From the IMG/VR virus record IMGVR_UViG_3300042882_000881, positions 32,001 through 96,000 of that record: a DNA stretch of 64,000 nucleotides, one strand, 5' to 3'. Position 1 is the first letter of the stretch, and the number at the start of each line of letters is the position of its first letter. The notes beneath the pieces are model-generated. The model searched no databases. It had not been told where the DNA came from and worked only from the letters and a program-made list of their open reading frames with translations. This stretch comes from a virus. Shown in pieces: positions 51,087 through 60,377 of this stretch. A program made the position numbers and the translations under genes.

Positions 51087-51431
51087 TTATCTCCTAATAA
51101 TTTTGGAGTTTGATGAACATGAATTATCTTTACATTGTGGTTGTTGTGGCTGAACTTTTAATACTGTTGGAGGAAGAGGACTAAGTAGTTGTTGTTCTGG
51201 TTCGCAGTATCCACAATCTACTTTTTTAATACCATCACCACTAATATACCACCCTTTACCCTCACATACCGGACAATCTTTTCTTTTATACTTTTTAACA
51301 CTAACTACTGTTCTACTTTTTAGAATACCACCAGCTAATGTTACAGCCGCTTTTGTTGATCCATCATATTGTGATGAACCAAATATTAAAGAGGCTAATA
51401 ATAATATTGACAAACTATTGTTTAGTGTCAT
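51087..51431 (-). CDS. Exported protein with a CxxCxGxG Zn-finger-like motif
   Basis: Signal-like N-terminus; CPVCEGKGW...CGYC. Confidence 0.6.
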   Translation of the reverse strand: MTLNNSLSILLLASLIFGSSQYDGSTKAAVTLAGGILKSRTVVSVKKYKRKDCPVCEGKGWYISGDGIKKVDCGYCEPEQQLLSPLPPTVLKVQPQQPQCKDNSCSSNSKIIRR

Positions 51432-51585
51432 CTTTGATAAGATTAGGAAATAATCTTTTCCTTTTTTTAGGTTTAGTATCTATATTATCTACACTATTTG
51501 GTGCAAATATTTTTAAAATTCCAACAATAAAATTAAGAATCATAGAAATTAATCTATTTAGTACAATCTGATCTAGAATTTTCAT
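51415..51585 (-). CDS. Small membrane-associated protein (56 aa; absent from the ORF track)
   Basis: MKILDQIVLNRLISMILNFIVGILKIF...; ATGA overlap with the peptidase stop. Confidence 0.55.
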   Translation of the reverse strand: MKILDQIVLNRLISMILNFIVGILKIFAPNSVDNIDTKPKKRKRLFPNLIKDDTKQ

Positions 51586-52508
51586 AAATAATCATCAAAT
51601 CCATAAGTAGGAAGTTTTTGCACAGGAAAACCGTCAAAATTACTAAAAGCATAACTACCATTTGCTGCTAACATTCCAGCAGCAACTTCAGCACGAATAA
51701 GAAATGATCCATCAGGAATTGGGCCCCATTCTGGATGACCACCATCATTCCATTTGCCCCAACTATTTTGTACTAAGAATAATGGTTCACTACCAGTATC
51801 ATCACACGCTATCCAGGCCATACAATGGGCCCAGTTTCCGCTAGTGTTAGAGATGCCCTTTTTATCTCTTTTATTGGAGAATCCATAATTTGAACATACT
51901 GCTAAACCATAACCATTAGCAAGAGCATCACGAGCTTCTTCTATTGTTTGTATCAAACTAACAGTTTTAATTTGATGATCATTAGCAAGATCAATAACAG
52001 GATCTGGTAAGCCTCGTCCTCCCCAACCAGCACCAAGGTTACCATTATATTTAGTAAAGTCAGCAACACCTTTGTAGTTTTGGCGTAACACTATACCACC
52101 ATTCTTGCTAACGAACTCTGCTGCTCTAGAGCAACTCATTCCTTGTCCACCATGTCCGCGAGCACCATAAATAGCCTCAGTTGCCCCTCTGGCCATCCAT
52201 GCTTCTCTTTCATTATGAACATCTATTTCTACTGCTCTGCTAACATCACAAGCGTTTCGTGTTCCGTGGGACACACAATCTCCAGTGGTTTGTCTTTCAT
52301 TATATGGATTACTATCAAATTTTAACACACTCTTGTATGGTGTTGATAGTTTACCCTTACCACTATTCTTAATTCTTCTGCTAGCATCTCCAAATAAAGG
52401 ATACTTGCTATTTTCCATTAGATGATCAAAAACGTGTTGTTCCCACAAACAACCACTAAATCCTTTGCGATAGTTATTATATAATTCTTCAGGAGATAGT
52501 CTAGCCAT
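51582..52508 (-). CDS. Papain-like (C1) cysteine peptidase
   Basis: Q-TTGD-C oxyanion/catalytic Cys, AHCM His, QNSWG..W Asn. Confidence 0.88.
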   Translation of the reverse strand: MARLSPEELYNNYRKGFSGCLWEQHVFDHLMENSKYPLFGDASRRIKNSGKGKLSTPYKSVLKFDSNPYNERQTTGDCVSHGTRNACDVSRAVEIDVHNEREAWMARGATEAIYGARGHGGQGMSCSRAAEFVSKNGGIVLRQNYKGVADFTKYNGNLGAGWGGRGLPDPVIDLANDHQIKTVSLIQTIEEARDALANGYGLAVCSNYGFSNKRDKKGISNTSGNWAHCMAWIACDDTGSEPLFLVQNSWGKWNDGGHPEWGPIPDGSFLIRAEVAAGMLAANGSYAFSNFDGFPVQKLPTYGFDDYL

Positions 52509-52993
52509 TATTTTGCCCCCTGATCACAAGCCCACGCTAAAGCCCTAAATCCATCTACAGCCTTAGCTCTTAAATCTTTGTTTAAAGGAACATTATCATC
52601 TCCAATTGATGATACAATAACTGCTTTTGCTGCTGAAGCCAACTCTGGATACTTGCCTTTGATATTCATCTTTAGCATAAGTCCGCTTAGACTATTAGCT
52701 TGACGAATATCATCAGTATTCTTAACTATTTGATCTTCTCCATCAAGTTCAACAAGAGATGCCATATCCATATATAATGAGGCTAATCTTTTTGATTCAG
52801 ACGATGAAGCCCCACCACTTTTTAATGCTTTTGTTACTAGATCACATTCATCTAATAGTTCGACATTAGTTGGCTTTGATATATTTAGATCAGAAGGACT
52901 GTTATTCTTAAATAGATTAGTTAGATCAGGCTTTAAAAGACCTATTGCTAATAATAATCCACCAAGAACTAATAATACTTTTTTGTTATTCAT
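52508..52993 (-). CDS. Membrane-anchored hypothetical protein
   Basis: KKVLLVLGGLLLAIGLL N-terminal anchor. Confidence 0.6.
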   Translation of the reverse strand: MNNKKVLLVLGGLLLAIGLLKPDLTNLFKNNSPSDLNISKPTNVELLDECDLVTKALKSGGASSSESKRLASLYMDMASLVELDGEDQIVKNTDDIRQANSLSGLMLKMNIKGKYPELASAAKAVIVSSIGDDNVPLNKDLRAKAVDGFRALAWACDQGAK

Positions 52994-53361
52994 AGAACTA
53001 CTCCATCTTTACCACAACCATTTGGACTTAGATACGGAAACATTTGATCAGCAACCTTAACGGCTTCTGAGCATTTGTTTTGAACAGCCAAGTCTCTGGT
53101 CTTTTTCCATGATGTTACTAATTCAAAAAACAAATCATCGCCAGCTACTGGTTCTGCTGTTACGACTGATGGAACAACAGCAGAAACTACTGAGGATGTT
53201 TTATTAGTTACATTATTAAATAGCTTAAGAACAGCGCTCTTTAATGGATCTAGCTTTTCTTTAAATAAAACATAAACAATTATGCCAGCACCAGCATATA
53301 GTAAAAGATCTGTTGGGCCTAATCTTGTTGAAAATTGCTCAAAACTTTCTGCGTAATTCAT
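52990..53361 (-). CDS. Single-TM hypothetical protein
   Basis: LLLYAGAGIIVYVLF; AGGAG RBS. Confidence 0.6.
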   Translation of the reverse strand: MNYAESFEQFSTRLGPTDLLLYAGAGIIVYVLFKEKLDPLKSAVLKLFNNVTNKTSSVVSAVVPSVVTAEPVAGDDLFFELVTSWKKTRDLAVQNKCSEAVKVADQMFPYLSPNGCGKDGVVL

Positions 53362-53741
53362 GATGTCTCCTCTTTCTTTTTGAAAATACCTACACTTTTG
53401 AATATTGTTACAGTAGCATCTATTGATGATCCAACCATAGTCATTAATATGCTCTTAACGTACCTATGTATAATAGGCTCAAAAACATTTGGAACAAATG
53501 GAATATCTATTACTACGAACACAGCATCATAAAAACCGTTAATTGAATTTAGGGCTAATTGTTTCTTATCTTTTCCAGCTAAATCAGTTGCTATATTTTC
53601 TATACGCTGTACAACAATTGCTGTTGTTAGTTGTAATATTTTCCAAGCCTCACTTAGGGCTATTTTTTGGACGTTTTGTATTGACTCTTTTGTTTGACTT
53701 GCTAGTTTTTCTACTTCTTGATTTAGTAACTGCTGGCTCAT
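53358..53741 (-). CDS. Hypothetical protein
   Basis: LAGKDKKQLA..IDIPFVP; start taken at MSQQ, overlapping the upstream gene. Confidence 0.55.
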   Translation of the reverse strand: MSQQLLNQEVEKLASQTKESIQNVQKIALSEAWKILQLTTAIVVQRIENIATDLAGKDKKQLALNSINGFYDAVFVVIDIPFVPNVFEPIIHRYVKSILMTMVGSSIDATVTIFKSVGIFKKKEETS

Positions 53742-53979
53742 TTTCAACCTTTTGTTCTGTAAAAGCTTTTTTAACTGTTGATCTACCTTTGATATATTTG
53801 TATAAGATAAATAACTGTCCACCAATTAATATACACGATTCAACACCATGACTAACATCTCTTATAAGATCTTCTTTTTGACCATTTTCCCCTATTATTC
53901 CCACCAAATACAGACCGCTGAATATAAAACTTACAAATGTAAACCAAAATTCACTAGTTCTATACCCTGGTTTTATCAT
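53650..53979 (-). CDS. Holin-like membrane protein
   Basis: KPGYRTSEFW N-terminus, two hydrophobic segments, YIKGRS and a highly basic tail. Confidence 0.55.
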   Translation of the reverse strand: MIKPGYRTSEFWFTFVSFIFSGLYLVGIIGENGQKEDLIRDVSHGVESCILIGGQLFILYKYIKGRSTVKKAFTEQKVENEPAVTKSRSRKTSKSNKRVNTKRPKNSPK

Positions 53980-56114
53980 GGACAACCTCCGGCTGTTGGA
54001 GCCTCATTTATATTGTCAGGACAGCAGTACCAGCCTTCGAAAGTGAGTTTTCCAGACGGACACTCTGTTGGCTCAGCCCCCCATGAAACTTTAAGAACAT
54101 TTCCATTGGCAGCATCTCTCCAAAGTCTACCAGGAACTAGAGGGTCTATACTAGGAACGGTGGTAAAATCGATATCATTAATATTAAAACTATATGGTTC
54201 CCATAATTCAGTAGTAAAATTATATCTTAATAATTGTTTATCCGTGACTCCAGTAACAGATACATTATGTAGTTCTTCTAATTCGTACCCATTTTGAACT
54301 CTAACTTCAACGACGCCTGCATTTTGATGTGTTCTTACTATAACGCCCATAGCAACCATATGATTTGGTGCTGAAGGCTTTGTGGTTGTAAATCCTCCAG
54401 CAACACTGGGACTTAACCATAGTGTTGTACCATTAACATTTCCTGTTGGTGCGGTAGGATTAAATTGATCTGTATTTATCCCGGTTAAGGCTCCAAATAC
54501 AATAACTTTTCCTGTGCTCATATGATTAATTGCTTCTGCTGTTATTCCATAAGTTTTACTACTGGTTGATTCTGTATTAGCTTGTGCTAAGCTAATTGTG
54601 GGAGTATCTCCTTGTCCACCGTTAACATATATAGCAGTAAATTTAGGAATAATACTTCCAGTTTGATTAAAAACAGTAGTAATAACAGATGCTGACTCTT
54701 GAACAGCGGTTGGGCCATCTAGCGTAAAGGCCCCATTCACCTCTGTAACAGTTATATTGCTTCCCTGAATAATATCATTAACAGGATAAGGAATATTTGG
54801 TATATCTCTACCATCAAGATTTAGTCTATATCCAGAACCAACATTGGTCCAATAGGTTGTGTCTGTAACGGGCAAGCTCTCATTATCAAAATTAGCCTTA
54901 TATAAAGTACCAGCATGATAAACAACATCATTGGCTAAATACCTAGTACCATCAGCAAGAGTATGATTAGCTGTCCACTGAAGAGCAGTATTAACAGACG
55001 CTGTGCTTTGCGTTGTATTATTTGGAAATGTTAAGGTGCCGTCTACACCAAAAGTCCAGTGATTATTATTTGAGTCGGTACCAATAACAACGTTCCCACC
55101 ATCTTTTTCGATCTTAACGTACTGATCATCATCTCCTAAATAAATATCAACATTTTCTGGATCTCCTGCCACAAGATGCACATGACTATGTTCTGAATTT
55201 GATATATCGTTATTCGTCACAGTAACATATTGACCAATGGGCATAGCATTTTCTTCAAAGTTATAATATAATGCTGGATCATTTTCTGTCTCTATATTAG
55301 TTGATCTTGTTCCATCAACACTTGTTATTGTTAAAGTAAATTCAGTAATCTGACTATCGACTGGTATAGTCCAAGTAATAGTTTCTGTGTCTGGACCAGA
55401 TGTGCTTACAAAAGTTAATTTACCGGTTAATGGTCGTCCCAATGATTGTTCTGTTACTCCACTGCCAGTAATAGTATAGTTTACTGTTCCAAAATAAGCC
55501 CAAGTTTGAAGAGTTACAGAAATTGTAATAGGACTACCATAGACTATAAAATCACTAGAGTTTATACTCCAAATAGCGGCAGTTGGTCGAATGACTAAAC
55601 TTTGTCCAGCGGCTGCTGTTGGAGGCATTAAAGATATTGTATTATTTGTTTCGCTTAGTATGCTACCATTGGGTAATGTTAGTTCACCATCTGTATTAAA
55701 AGTCCACTGATATGTGTATGTGTCGCTATTGGATTCTATTCTAACTTCACTTGCGGCCATAATAACAACATCATCACCAAGTGCTTCAAGCCATAGATCG
55801 TCTGCGGCAGAGATGCCAATGTCAGCATCTTGTTCACCATCAGTTCTAGTAGTCTTAATTTGAAAATCATCATCCACTGCACCCCATAGAGTTTTAGTTC
55901 CTTCTATTACTGGGAATGAAGTCATACCATCGCTGCCAAGTACCACTTGATATTCACCATTGACCAATCGATCATTAATAATGGATTTCAGTTCAGATAG
56001 TGATATCTTTTTAGTAATCCCACCACTCGAAGGACTGTCCATAAAAATGAAAACATCATCATTACTTAAGTTGCCACTACCTTCTGGTAATTCATTAATT
56101 CTAATTATAGCCAT
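53976..56114 (-). CDS. Fibre/adhesin-like virion protein with a CBM5/12-like module
   Basis: MAIIRINELP N-terminus, W.F..DG.LT.P repeats, W...Y..NDVVYHAGTLYKA...YW module, LEELHNV. Confidence 0.65.
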   Translation of the reverse strand: MAIIRINELPEGSGNLSNDDVFIFMDSPSSGGITKKISLSELKSIINDRLVNGEYQVVLGSDGMTSFPVIEGTKTLWGAVDDDFQIKTTRTDGEQDADIGISAADDLWLEALGDDVVIMAASEVRIESNSDTYTYQWTFNTDGELTLPNGSILSETNNTISLMPPTAAAGQSLVIRPTAAIWSINSSDFIVYGSPITISVTLQTWAYFGTVNYTITGSGVTEQSLGRPLTGKLTFVSTSGPDTETITWTIPVDSQITEFTLTITSVDGTRSTNIETENDPALYYNFEENAMPIGQYVTVTNNDISNSEHSHVHLVAGDPENVDIYLGDDDQYVKIEKDGGNVVIGTDSNNNHWTFGVDGTLTFPNNTTQSTASVNTALQWTANHTLADGTRYLANDVVYHAGTLYKANFDNESLPVTDTTYWTNVGSGYRLNLDGRDIPNIPYPVNDIIQGSNITVTEVNGAFTLDGPTAVQESASVITTVFNQTGSIIPKFTAIYVNGGQGDTPTISLAQANTESTSSKTYGITAEAINHMSTGKVIVFGALTGINTDQFNPTAPTGNVNGTTLWLSPSVAGGFTTTKPSAPNHMVAMGVIVRTHQNAGVVEVRVQNGYELEELHNVSVTGVTDKQLLRYNFTTELWEPYSFNINDIDFTTVPSIDPLVPGRLWRDAANGNVLKVSWGAEPTECPSGKLTFEGWYCCPDNINEAPTAGGCP

Positions 56115-56116
56115 AA

Positions 56117-56353
56117 TTATACTCCGAGAACATCTTCACCATAGAATCCGCCGTCGGTATCTCCACGGCCACCATAATAGTAGCTTGGATCATCAAATCT
56201 GTTATCATATTTAGATGATACTGATCCAATGTTTGGTCTATTGCTAGACGATGATAAATTTAATGAATATTTACCAGTTTTGGAGCAAGTTAATACTATG
56301 CTACCATTGTGAATACTTTTAGACGAAATAGAAAGTTGAACATCATTAGCCAT
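56117..56353 (-). CDS. Hypothetical protein
   Basis: AAGGTG RBS; downstream of a GGTGTA motif. Confidence 0.6.
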   Translation of the reverse strand: MANDVQLSISSKSIHNGSIVLTCSKTGKYSLNLSSSSNRPNIGSVSSKYDNRFDDPSYYYGGRGDTDGGFYGEDVLGV

Positions 56354-56383
56354 AAATCACCTTTAATTTGTTAAGACAATTTA

Positions 56384-56392
56384 TATTACACC
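56384..56392 (-). promoter_or_regulatory. Putative phage late promoter GGTGTAWWA
   Basis: GGTGTAATA in the intergenic gap. Confidence 0.55.
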
Positions 56393-56398
56393 AGAAAG

Positions 56399-56716
56399 CT
56401 ATTTTGATTCTATTCTATATTCTATGGCTTCAAGAGTTTTTGTGAGTGTAGCTATCTGAATTTTTAACTCATTCATAACATCAGTATTTCTTTGTAAAGC
56501 CTGAGAAAATGCTGCTTGAATTTCCTTATTAGAGTTCAATCTCTCCATAATAAATTGACGATCTTGAAGATATGGCGATTTGGTTTCTATAAGATCGCAC
56601 ACTTCTGCTTTAGTTGCCATATTTTTGCCTACGGCAACCCAAAAACCTATCATGGTAACAATAATGCCAACAGAAGTTGTGGCAATATGTTGCCAAAAAT
56701 TAGTTAATTCTGCCAT
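56399..56716 (-). CDS. TM + coiled-coil protein
   Basis: N-terminal hydrophobic helix and C-terminal heptads. Confidence 0.6.
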   Translation of the reverse strand: MAELTNFWQHIATTSVGIIVTMIGFWVAVGKNMATKAEVCDLIETKSPYLQDRQFIMERLNSNKEIQAAFSQALQRNTDVMNELKIQIATLTKTLEAIEYRIESK

Positions 56717-56723
56717 TATAAGC

Positions 56724-57263
56724 TCAATTAGTTTTTGATTGATATGGGACTACTGATATATTTCTGCCATTTTTGAAAAACATAGTGCCAGGATTTTTTC
56801 TACTTGGATAAGCAGCTTCATCAGAACCAAAATCATCCTGTTGATTATCTGGATATCCAAAATCATATTTACCAGTAAGAACATTCAACTTACCATTTAC
56901 AAATGCTGTATGCTGTAATCTGGTACGATATGAAATAATCGGATGAATAGAGGAAGTTAAATTTGGAGCAAGATTACCTGGTGATAGTAAAACGTCAGAA
57001 GATTGAGCGGCTATGGTTTTTGTTGCTCTTTTGATTAATGGTCTTTTGCTGTTATATGGAACTGGAGTTAAAACCGATTGTGTAGCATTGGTTACATTAA
57101 CACCATCGACTATTGTTGAAGCAAAAGGAAATTCATAGGTTCTTCTTTTGTTGTAGAATGTTTTTATTGACTGAGCATTATCTGAGTATGGAACACCAGA
57201 GTTTAGTGCGACTCCGCCATTATTTTTGATGCTATCATTGTATGATGGATTGTATATAGACAT
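56724..57263 (-). CDS. Hypothetical (possible virion) protein
   Basis: 179 aa, AAGGT RBS, downstream of a GGTGTA motif. Confidence 0.55.
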   Translation of the reverse strand: MSIYNPSYNDSIKNNGGVALNSGVPYSDNAQSIKTFYNKRRTYEFPFASTIVDGVNVTNATQSVLTPVPYNSKRPLIKRATKTIAAQSSDVLLSPGNLAPNLTSSIHPIISYRTRLQHTAFVNGKLNVLTGKYDFGYPDNQQDDFGSDEAAYPSRKNPGTMFFKNGRNISVVPYQSKTN

Positions 57264-57298
57264 ATTTTTACCTTTAGTAAGAGATACAATATAACTTG

Positions 57299-57307
57299 TT
57301 ATACACC
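57299..57307 (-). promoter_or_regulatory. Putative phage late promoter GGTGTAWWA
   Basis: GGTGTATAA in the intergenic gap. Confidence 0.55.
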
Positions 57308-57312
57308 CAATT

Positions 57313-57975
57313 TTATTTTTTGTTATTATAATTGAATAAGACGATATCTTTAATTATATCTATAGAGCCGCTTCTTACGGCGTAAAACTTTTGGCCAAAT
57401 ATCATTTCAAAATGATGATTATTCCAAAAATTAGCAGATAATATAACTTTTAGATTATCAAAATGACCTTTTAAAAATTGAGAGGCTATGATATAATCGG
57501 CTAAATTATCTATTCTATATCCTGATCCTGGAACAATGGTTGTAATATCTGCTGCTATAAGGATCTCGCACATCTTCTTTAAATAATTATGATCAAATAT
57601 TCTATATTCTAATATATATCTTATTTTTGACGGATCAATATGTTCTTTTTGACACTTGATATCTTCTCTAATCTTATCATATTTTCGATTGGTAAGATAA
57701 GATGCTGGTAATACGATATCTATCATATCCGCACCATTTTTTAATGCCCAAGATGTTAATGATGCTCTTGACTTTATATCAGAAAATCCTAAAGGATAAT
57801 CAATTACGCATGAAATTTTTTTATTCTCGGCCAATAAGCCCTTAGTTAATTTAAGAAAATATTGGGGAATTACTATAGTATCAATTTCATTAATTTTATT
57901 AATTTCGTCTTTAATCAAATTAGACAGTTCGTTATCTGTTAAATCGCATGATGTATTAACATATTCTAATTGCAT
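57313..57975 (-). CDS. DeoC-like (deoxyribose-phosphate aldolase) TIM barrel, catalytic Lys apparently missing
   Basis: CVIDYPLG, GADMIDIV, RYILE; TIVPGSG in place of FVKTSTG. Confidence 0.7.
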   Translation of the reverse strand: MQLEYVNTSCDLTDNELSNLIKDEINKINEIDTIVIPQYFLKLTKGLLAENKKISCVIDYPLGFSDIKSRASLTSWALKNGADMIDIVLPASYLTNRKYDKIREDIKCQKEHIDPSKIRYILEYRIFDHNYLKKMCEILIAADITTIVPGSGYRIDNLADYIIASQFLKGHFDNLKVILSANFWNNHHFEMIFGQKFYAVRSGSIDIIKDIVLFNYNNKK

Positions 57976-58637
57976 TTGAGACTTTCTATTGTAGGATATT
58001 TCTTTGATCCTAAAATACCATCCGCAAAACCATAATACACCGCTTCATCAGCATCTAATAACCAATCGCACTTATTTGAAATTTGACTCACAAGATGTTT
58101 TTTAATTATATGTGGACTATTCTTCCATTTTTTTTCTTTTGCTATTGGACTCTTTAAACATCTATCTACAAATATATTCACCATTTTATCAGTTTCTTTT
58201 TCGCTCCACTGAACGCTACTAGCAGCAGCCTTGCTATGCTCATTATCAAAACTGATACTTCCATAATGAATTAATAATGTTGCATTTGGCATCATTATTC
58301 TTTGATGTCCAGCTTGAAATAATACTCCGCTAGCAGATTGTATTTTTCCATATCCAAGAATTGTGGTTCTACATTTGGATAGTTTTAAGGTATCATACAT
58401 AGATAAGCAGTCTTCCCAATCTCCACCAGGAATATGCATGTGTATTAATATCGGCTCTTGAGAATTAAATGATAAGAATCTTATATTTTTTTCTAAAATT
58501 ACAGATGCTCTATAATCAACTCCACTATCTTCTTCTCCATCAAAATATGAATGTAAAAATATTTCCCTTTGTTCAGGTATAATACTATTATTATGTAAGC
58601 AATTTAATTGATCATGTATTGATAGCTGTTGATTCAT
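57966..58637 (-). CDS. clpP: ClpP-like serine protease
   Basis: HIPGGD, GKIQSAS (Ser), LIHYG (His), DWLLDADEAVYYGFAD (Asp). Confidence 0.85.
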   Translation of the reverse strand: MNQQLSIHDQLNCLHNNSIIPEQREIFLHSYFDGEEDSGVDYRASVILEKNIRFLSFNSQEPILIHMHIPGGDWEDCLSMYDTLKLSKCRTTILGYGKIQSASGVLFQAGHQRIMMPNATLLIHYGSISFDNEHSKAAASSVQWSEKETDKMVNIFVDRCLKSPIAKEKKWKNSPHIIKKHLVSQISNKCDWLLDADEAVYYGFADGILGSKKYPTIESLKCN

Positions 58638-59016
58638 TTTTATATTCTATATATGAGTATAGTTTACTATTTATATCTGACATTACATCTCTATCATTAA
58701 ATCCTTTGCCAACGCTTATTCTAAATCTATATCTTGTATAGATATCTAAAGTTTCAACTCCTTCTACATTTTCAACTAATGAAACAATATTATGTGATAT
58801 TGTAAAATTAGTATGACCTAACCAAAATTTAAAAATTTTAGAAGCATCTGTATTTTCTGACATTGGAATCAAACCCATAGGAGTTACCATAACTCTGGAT
58901 TTTGTTATTTCAATATCATCATTTTCTTCTTCATTATTCTCCCAATTGTTATCTTCTTCATCAGTACCATATGGATCCTTCCATTTTTCCCATATTATTA
59001 ATGGTTTATTATTCAT
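58612..59016 (-). CDS. Hypothetical protein
   Basis: 134 aa; FWLGHTNF, GVETL..YTRYRFRI. Confidence 0.6.
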   Translation of the reverse strand: MNNKPLIIWEKWKDPYGTDEEDNNWENNEEENDDIEITKSRVMVTPMGLIPMSENTDASKIFKFWLGHTNFTISHNIVSLVENVEGVETLDIYTRYRFRISVGKGFNDRDVMSDINSKLYSYIEYKNESTAINT

Positions 59017-59339
59017 TGAGAAAATACTTTGGTTGGACTTATATATGGATTATTGTTATTTAGATTTTTATTTTTAACCCAATAATGAATTATTTCTTCT
59101 ATGATAGTACTATATTGTGGATTTGATTTGCTAAAATCGACCAACATATTGGCAATAGGCTCTTCTAAATTACCAGAGTTTATACTATATAATAGTTCAC
59201 CAATAGATTTTCCAACATTCTCCATACTAGGATCAAGATCTAATGCTATTGATATTTTATTATTCTCATTAAGAGATAATATTATCTTATTAACAAATTT
59301 CTCTTTTTTATTTTTTTGGAAAAAATTGAGATTGAACAT
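59013..59339 (-). CDS. Hypothetical protein
   Basis: TAATG-coupled start at 59339. Confidence 0.55.
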   Translation of the reverse strand: MFNLNFFQKNKKEKFVNKIILSLNENNKISIALDLDPSMENVGKSIGELLYSINSGNLEEPIANMLVDFSKSNPQYSTIIEEIIHYWVKNKNLNNNNPYISPTKVFSQ

Positions 59340-59746
59340 TATTTTAAGTTTTGGCAAACCTCGAAAATATTTGAACTATAATCATTAGGTAATTCATAAT
59401 TAAATTCTATCCAATAAAAATCATCTTTTACAGGCGGAATTGGGTCAACTAGACACCCATATACTGTTTGAATATCAGTATCATTGAAATCTTTATTAAG
59501 TTTTTTATAAGCATTGGCCAAATTTGAGGAATGTAATGTTATAATTTGTGGTAAAATTCCAAGTGTATGCATAGGAATTATAGACCGTATATATTCTGAT
59601 AAAGAATTTTTAATCTTATTTTTATTAAGATCATCTAACGATATTTGTGGTATGCAAATTTCATTATTACATTTTGATAAGATATATTTCTTTTCTGTTT
59701 TTATATCAACAGAAATTATGAATAGATTAAGATAAATTTTACTCAT
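59339..59746 (-). CDS. Hypothetical protein
   Basis: 135-aa ORF in the operon. Confidence 0.55.
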   Translation of the reverse strand: MSKIYLNLFIISVDIKTEKKYILSKCNNEICIPQISLDDLNKNKIKNSLSEYIRSIIPMHTLGILPQIITLHSSNLANAYKKLNKDFNDTDIQTVYGCLVDPIPPVKDDFYWIEFNYELPNDYSSNIFEVCQNLK

Positions 59747-60377
59747 TTGGATTCACCATCATTTCTTTTAATTTAGCTATAGTCTTGTTTATATTTTGTC
59801 TAACGGCTTCTCTTGTTACTCCGAACTGATTACCGATCTTTTCTAATGTTAGACCCTTAAAATAGTATAATTCAATATATTGCTTCTGTTTATCACTAAG
59901 CAAATCGCTCTCTAATAGAGATTTTATATCATCGCACAAATCAGAATTAGTCTCTTTATCACAAAGAGCTTCTCCTGGATCTACACACCTTGTATCTTCA
60001 AGAAAATCAAAATTATTTCTATTATCACATGAGCTAATAGTTTCATCTAATGAAAATGTTTTTGGTCGTTTCTTTCTTTTTGAAACTAAAGTTTTTATAG
60101 CCCAAATAGCACATTGATTTCTATAAGAGTAAAGATCTTTCTTTCTTCCTTCTTTGCTTTGATATTCATTATCCCATCTCCAATCAGCCATCATTATAGC
60201 ATTAGCAACATAAGATATAACATCTTCTGTATTAAGAAGCTTTTTATTATACTGACTAGACAATTTTGATACTATCTTCTTAGCCATCAATATATAATCG
60301 TATAGTGGCAAGAATTCTGTGTCCTTGTATTCTCTATACTTTAGTTTCTGATCGCCTATACCACCTATATCTAACAT
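59739..60377 (-). CDS. Phage RNA polymerase sigma-70-family factor
   Basis: Region-2-like segment; region 4 HTH LTLEKIGNQFGVTREAVRQ. Confidence 0.85.
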   Translation of the reverse strand: MLDIGGIGDQKLKYREYKDTEFLPLYDYILMAKKIVSKLSSQYNKKLLNTEDVISYVANAIMMADWRWDNEYQSKEGRKKDLYSYRNQCAIWAIKTLVSKRKKRPKTFSLDETISSCDNRNNFDFLEDTRCVDPGEALCDKETNSDLCDDIKSLLESDLLSDKQKQYIELYYFKGLTLEKIGNQFGVTREAVRQNINKTIAKLKEMMVNPNE

